Positions 60,603 through 64,000 of a stretch of 64,000 bases of DNA are shown here, piece after piece. Source of the stretch: Pelomyxa schiedti. Its lineage: Eukaryota > Protista > Evosea. The first letter of the stretch is position 1; the number at the start of each line of letters is the position of its first letter. A program made the position numbers and the translations under genes. The DNA lies in the NCBI GenBank assembly GCA_020536535.1, contig JAHLWZ010000016.1:1-64000 (forward strand), written 5' to 3'. The notes beneath the pieces are model-generated. The model was not told where the DNA came from. It worked only from the letters and a program-made list of their open reading frames with translations, and did not search any database.

Positions 60603-63600
60603 ATGGCATCAACCCCCGGCACGCGGGCTCGCCGTGCCAGCGTGGACAAGTTGGCTCCTTCCCTGCCACCAATGGGGATGTCGTCCAACGCCGGTCCCAC
60701 AATTGCCACGCCAGCGGGCCCCGTCCCCGCCCCTTTGGCCGCCACCAACGCCGACGTCGGGCTCGGCGGCGCCATCCCCGCCGTAGTCTCCGCCGTCGTA
60801 GACAGGGCGGACCAAGTTGGTACGCTGGTGATGTACTACGTGAGGCAAGGGATGCACACGCACGCGGGGAGGGCGTGCGTCGATGGCGTGAGAGCCCACT
60901 TGGACGAACCCACAATGTCGTTTTGGAAGTCCTTCGCGATGCTTTTTGAAGGTATTTTTTTCACTGTGTCTTTTTTGTTTTTTTTTTTTTTCCCCCTGGG
61001 GTAGAATTTTTTTGTCTGGAGTATTAAATTTTAAAAATGTAATTATCTAATTAAAACTGCCTTGCCCTTTTGGTTTGAATGTGTAGGGAGAATAACAGAG
61101 GCTATACGAGAGTTGCAGGGAATTCAAGGAAAATTGGGTGTCAGAATGCAAGCCACTGCTGCTTTGCTGTATGCTCATAACCAGTGCACTGATACTGGTA
61201 TCCAGTTAGTGTCCATACCCACCACCTAACTTTTATCCTTGAAAGATGGAGAAGCTATCTCCTCTCTCTCAGCTCAACTGGAGGAATTCACCAAGTCGGC
61301 CAGCTTCAAATCGTGCGAACTTCCCTCCTAAATAGTATTGATATTGACTTGTAATGTTTAGAGTTACAGATGCAGCTTATTTTTTTTTGTACACCAAGCA
61401 ATATGACAAAGCAAGGGATATGGTCAAAAAGGTACCCCATCAGAGAACATTCACAGTGCAATCTAAAATCATGAAAGGCGGAGTCAATGCAACCTGGATC
61501 AGTCCAGGGCCTTGTAATTCATGGTTGGGTTGATCTACTCTGTGGCAGAGAAGCTATAGCCAATAAAAGTCACAGATTTTTCGATGAAGCTCTTGCCAAA
61601 TCATCCTCCCCAGATCTAGAAGTAGGAATGAAACAAATTTCATTGTACTAACTGTTGTGGAACAGGCCCTCCTTGGGTTGGCAAAATACATGGACATGAA
61701 CAAAAAATATACCCAAGCTCTAGATTACTTAAACAAGGCTATAGCTTTGCACACTTGGTTTGCACCTGCCCTTTTAGAAAAAGCCAGAGTAGTACAACTC
61801 TTTAATGGCCTCTCTTACAACTATAAGGTTTTAATCGCAATGGATGATTGGGATCAGGCTATGGAGACTCTGCGTAGAATCATGGCAAAAGTGAGAAATT
61901 TATTCTTAGAGTCTTATAATAGGTGATAGGAGCCCCAAAACACTGAAGCTCTTCAATTGATAATCATGCAGTTGCTATGCAGGGAAGGAAATTACCAAGC
62001 AGCCGTCACAAAAATATCGGACCTTACTTCTGTATCCTTGCTATTTCATGATAAAACACTTAAAAAAAAAAATTAGGCACTCGACAGACTTGAGTCACAA
62101 AATGCTGCTCTGTATCATACTTGTGGGAAAGCATTCTCTCGTATTGCAGGGCGATCTGCCATGTACAACCCTTACCCACGAATTGTATCTAAAAAAAAAA
62201 GTAATTTTTGATCAATTTCTAGAGTCCTCAAGGCAGCACAAGTCCTTATTGAAAGAGCTATTTCCCTCCAGCCCAAGAATAGCGACTTCATCACAGAAGC
62301 TGGGCATATTCAGTATCTACAGGGAAACTTCACCAACGGTCTTACACAATTTAAGGCTGCCCTCAAATTGAATGAAAGTAACATTGAGGCTATGTATGGT
62401 TGGTTGCACTCTTATGTCTTAGGGTTAAACTGATAAATTCAGGACTGATAAAATGCCAACTCTATCTGAAGAATGTGTCAGAGGCAGAGAAACAAATTGA
62501 ATTCCTACTTGAGATTCAGTCCTCCCTTGGTGATAATAATAAAAAGGCTGTACACACCTCATCAACCTCTAGATACCAGTGTAGAGCTCACATATATTAC
62601 GGGACTCTTGAAGTGGATTAAATCAACTGACATGGAAGAATCAGCCCGGCTTTTCACGTCGGCAGTTGATTTGCACTTCAAAACTCTCTGCAATATACCA
62701 CCAGGGTATTCTTTTAGTAGTGATGGTATGTGAAAAGTAATCAATCACAATAGGATGGATTTCTTTGTGAAGTTCAATGCTGATATGCTTCTCGATATTG
62801 CGAAGCAATATCTGCAACATTATGCAGACGAGCCGCTAGATGCAGGTGCATATAATATTATCTCGAATATTTCATGAAGTTGAAGTTAACTTGAGTTTTA
62901 CTTAGCGGCACCTATTCCACCTGTAATGAAAAAAGCAACTGAGCTTCTGGAAATTGTTTCAAAAACTATACCAGGACAATTGGAGTGCCTATACCTTTTA
63001 GCAAAGACAAGGTATATCATGAATGACTTAGAGAGTGCACAGTCATCCCTGGATCAGTGTCTCAGACTGGATCCTTCCTATGCTGATGTACTTTGACTCC
63101 ATCTTTGTTAAAGAAAAATTTGTAAATATTTCCCTAGGGCTTTTTACTATTATCACAGCTGCACCTTGCACACGGGCTCTTCAAACAGGCCCTGCAAGCT
63201 GTAGGGGATGCATTTACCCGCGAATTTAACATGAGATCAAATTCCTTGTACTACCTTCTACGCGCAAAAGCTCACTTTGGAATGGGAAGTGTCATGGAAG
63301 CTATTAAAGATTGTAATAATGGTGGGTTAGAACTATGATACTCTTCCTCTTACACACTTTTCCTAGGTTTGGATCTACCTGGCATTAGGAAGCCAATGCC
63401 AGCAGATACAACAAAGATAACCCTACAAGGACGCGAATTTGTCTTAGCACCACACACAACTGTTTCATTGTATATTCAACTCGCAAATTGTTATGCCGCC
63501 AACAGTCAACTGGTATGTAATAGTTGTACTTCTTCTTCTCATAGTACAATAGCCTTTAGCAAACCAAACCCTAACGCAATGTCTTGAAGCCTTTCGTGGT

Positions 63601-64000
63601 ACTGCAGAGGAGGTTCTCATGACAAGTCTGTAGTTATGTGTTAACATGTTGTAGATACGCATTATCATTGCTCAGAGTGATTTGTTGGCAAAAAATGGAG
63701 ATACAACAGGAGCACTCACCCTTCTGGGAAGAGTGGATGAAAGCAACGTGTATGCACCATTTTGGAACTTTTCTTGCTTAATCCAGAGTGTAGGTATTAT
63801 ATTCGTGCACAATGCGTAATGGCGAATATTTATCTTGTACATAACAATGACCGTGTCAATTACATACACTGCTTTGAACGTTTAACAGCATTACCCACAA
63901 AATCAACGCATTCTCTTTTGTTACTGGCCGACGCTTTCACTAGAGTACAAGAGGTAAAGTTTACATTAATAAGCAAATACGATAATCAACTTGAAACCTT
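60603..64000 (+). CDS. TTC21B: TPR protein TTC21B/IFT139 (IFT-A), truncated by the window end
   Basis: LVMYYVRQG...DEPTMSFWKSFAMLFEG.ITEAIRELQ...ALLYAH.QC; EALLGLAKY; WFAPALLEK...DWDQAMET; GLIKCQL...AEKQIEFL; DFFVKFNADMLLDIAK.YL. Confidence 0.88.

Noticed and set aside
62032-62076. U12-type intron (GTATCCTT donor) in IFT139
   Set aside because: No TCCTTAAC-type branch site; with many degenerate donors one such match is plausible by chance.
1-64000. Stop-codon reassignment or frameshifting to explain the fragmented ORFs
   Set aside because: Every break examined is resolved by short GT/GC-AG introns under the standard code.

Overview
Gene-dense eukaryotic DNA with about 22 multi-exon protein genes. 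Introns are mostly about 40-60 nt GT-AG (a few GC-AG) with very degenerate donors, divergent intergenic gaps are very short, and there are two 100-N scaffold gaps. Dictyostelium-type glycogen phosphorylase and MEKKalpha (PB1-kinase-F-box-WD40) together with IFT139/TTC21B suggest a flagellate amoebozoan, possibly an archamoeba such as Pelomyxa (inference). Housekeeping genes: glycogen phosphorylase, NSA2, GCLC, RasGAP, SNF5, TBC RabGAP, DPH7, MEKK, IFT139. The unusual content is three chimeric genes that only appear after manual splicing. (1) 16792-19383: bacterial-type SH3b + tandem phage-type DUF5664 (dATP/dGTP diphosphohydrolase-like) domains + HisC-type PLP aminotransferase, directly followed by an ADP-ribosylglycohydrolase. 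(2) 38928-41697: UBP-type ubiquitin-binding zinc finger spliced to a PqqE/SPASM-like radical SAM enzyme. (3) 49961-54951: bacterial-type VIT-vWA-TPR-DUF2135 protein with an inserted complete FYVE finger. All family calls come from motif recognition by eye and no searches were run. Gene models are manual and their ends are approximate.
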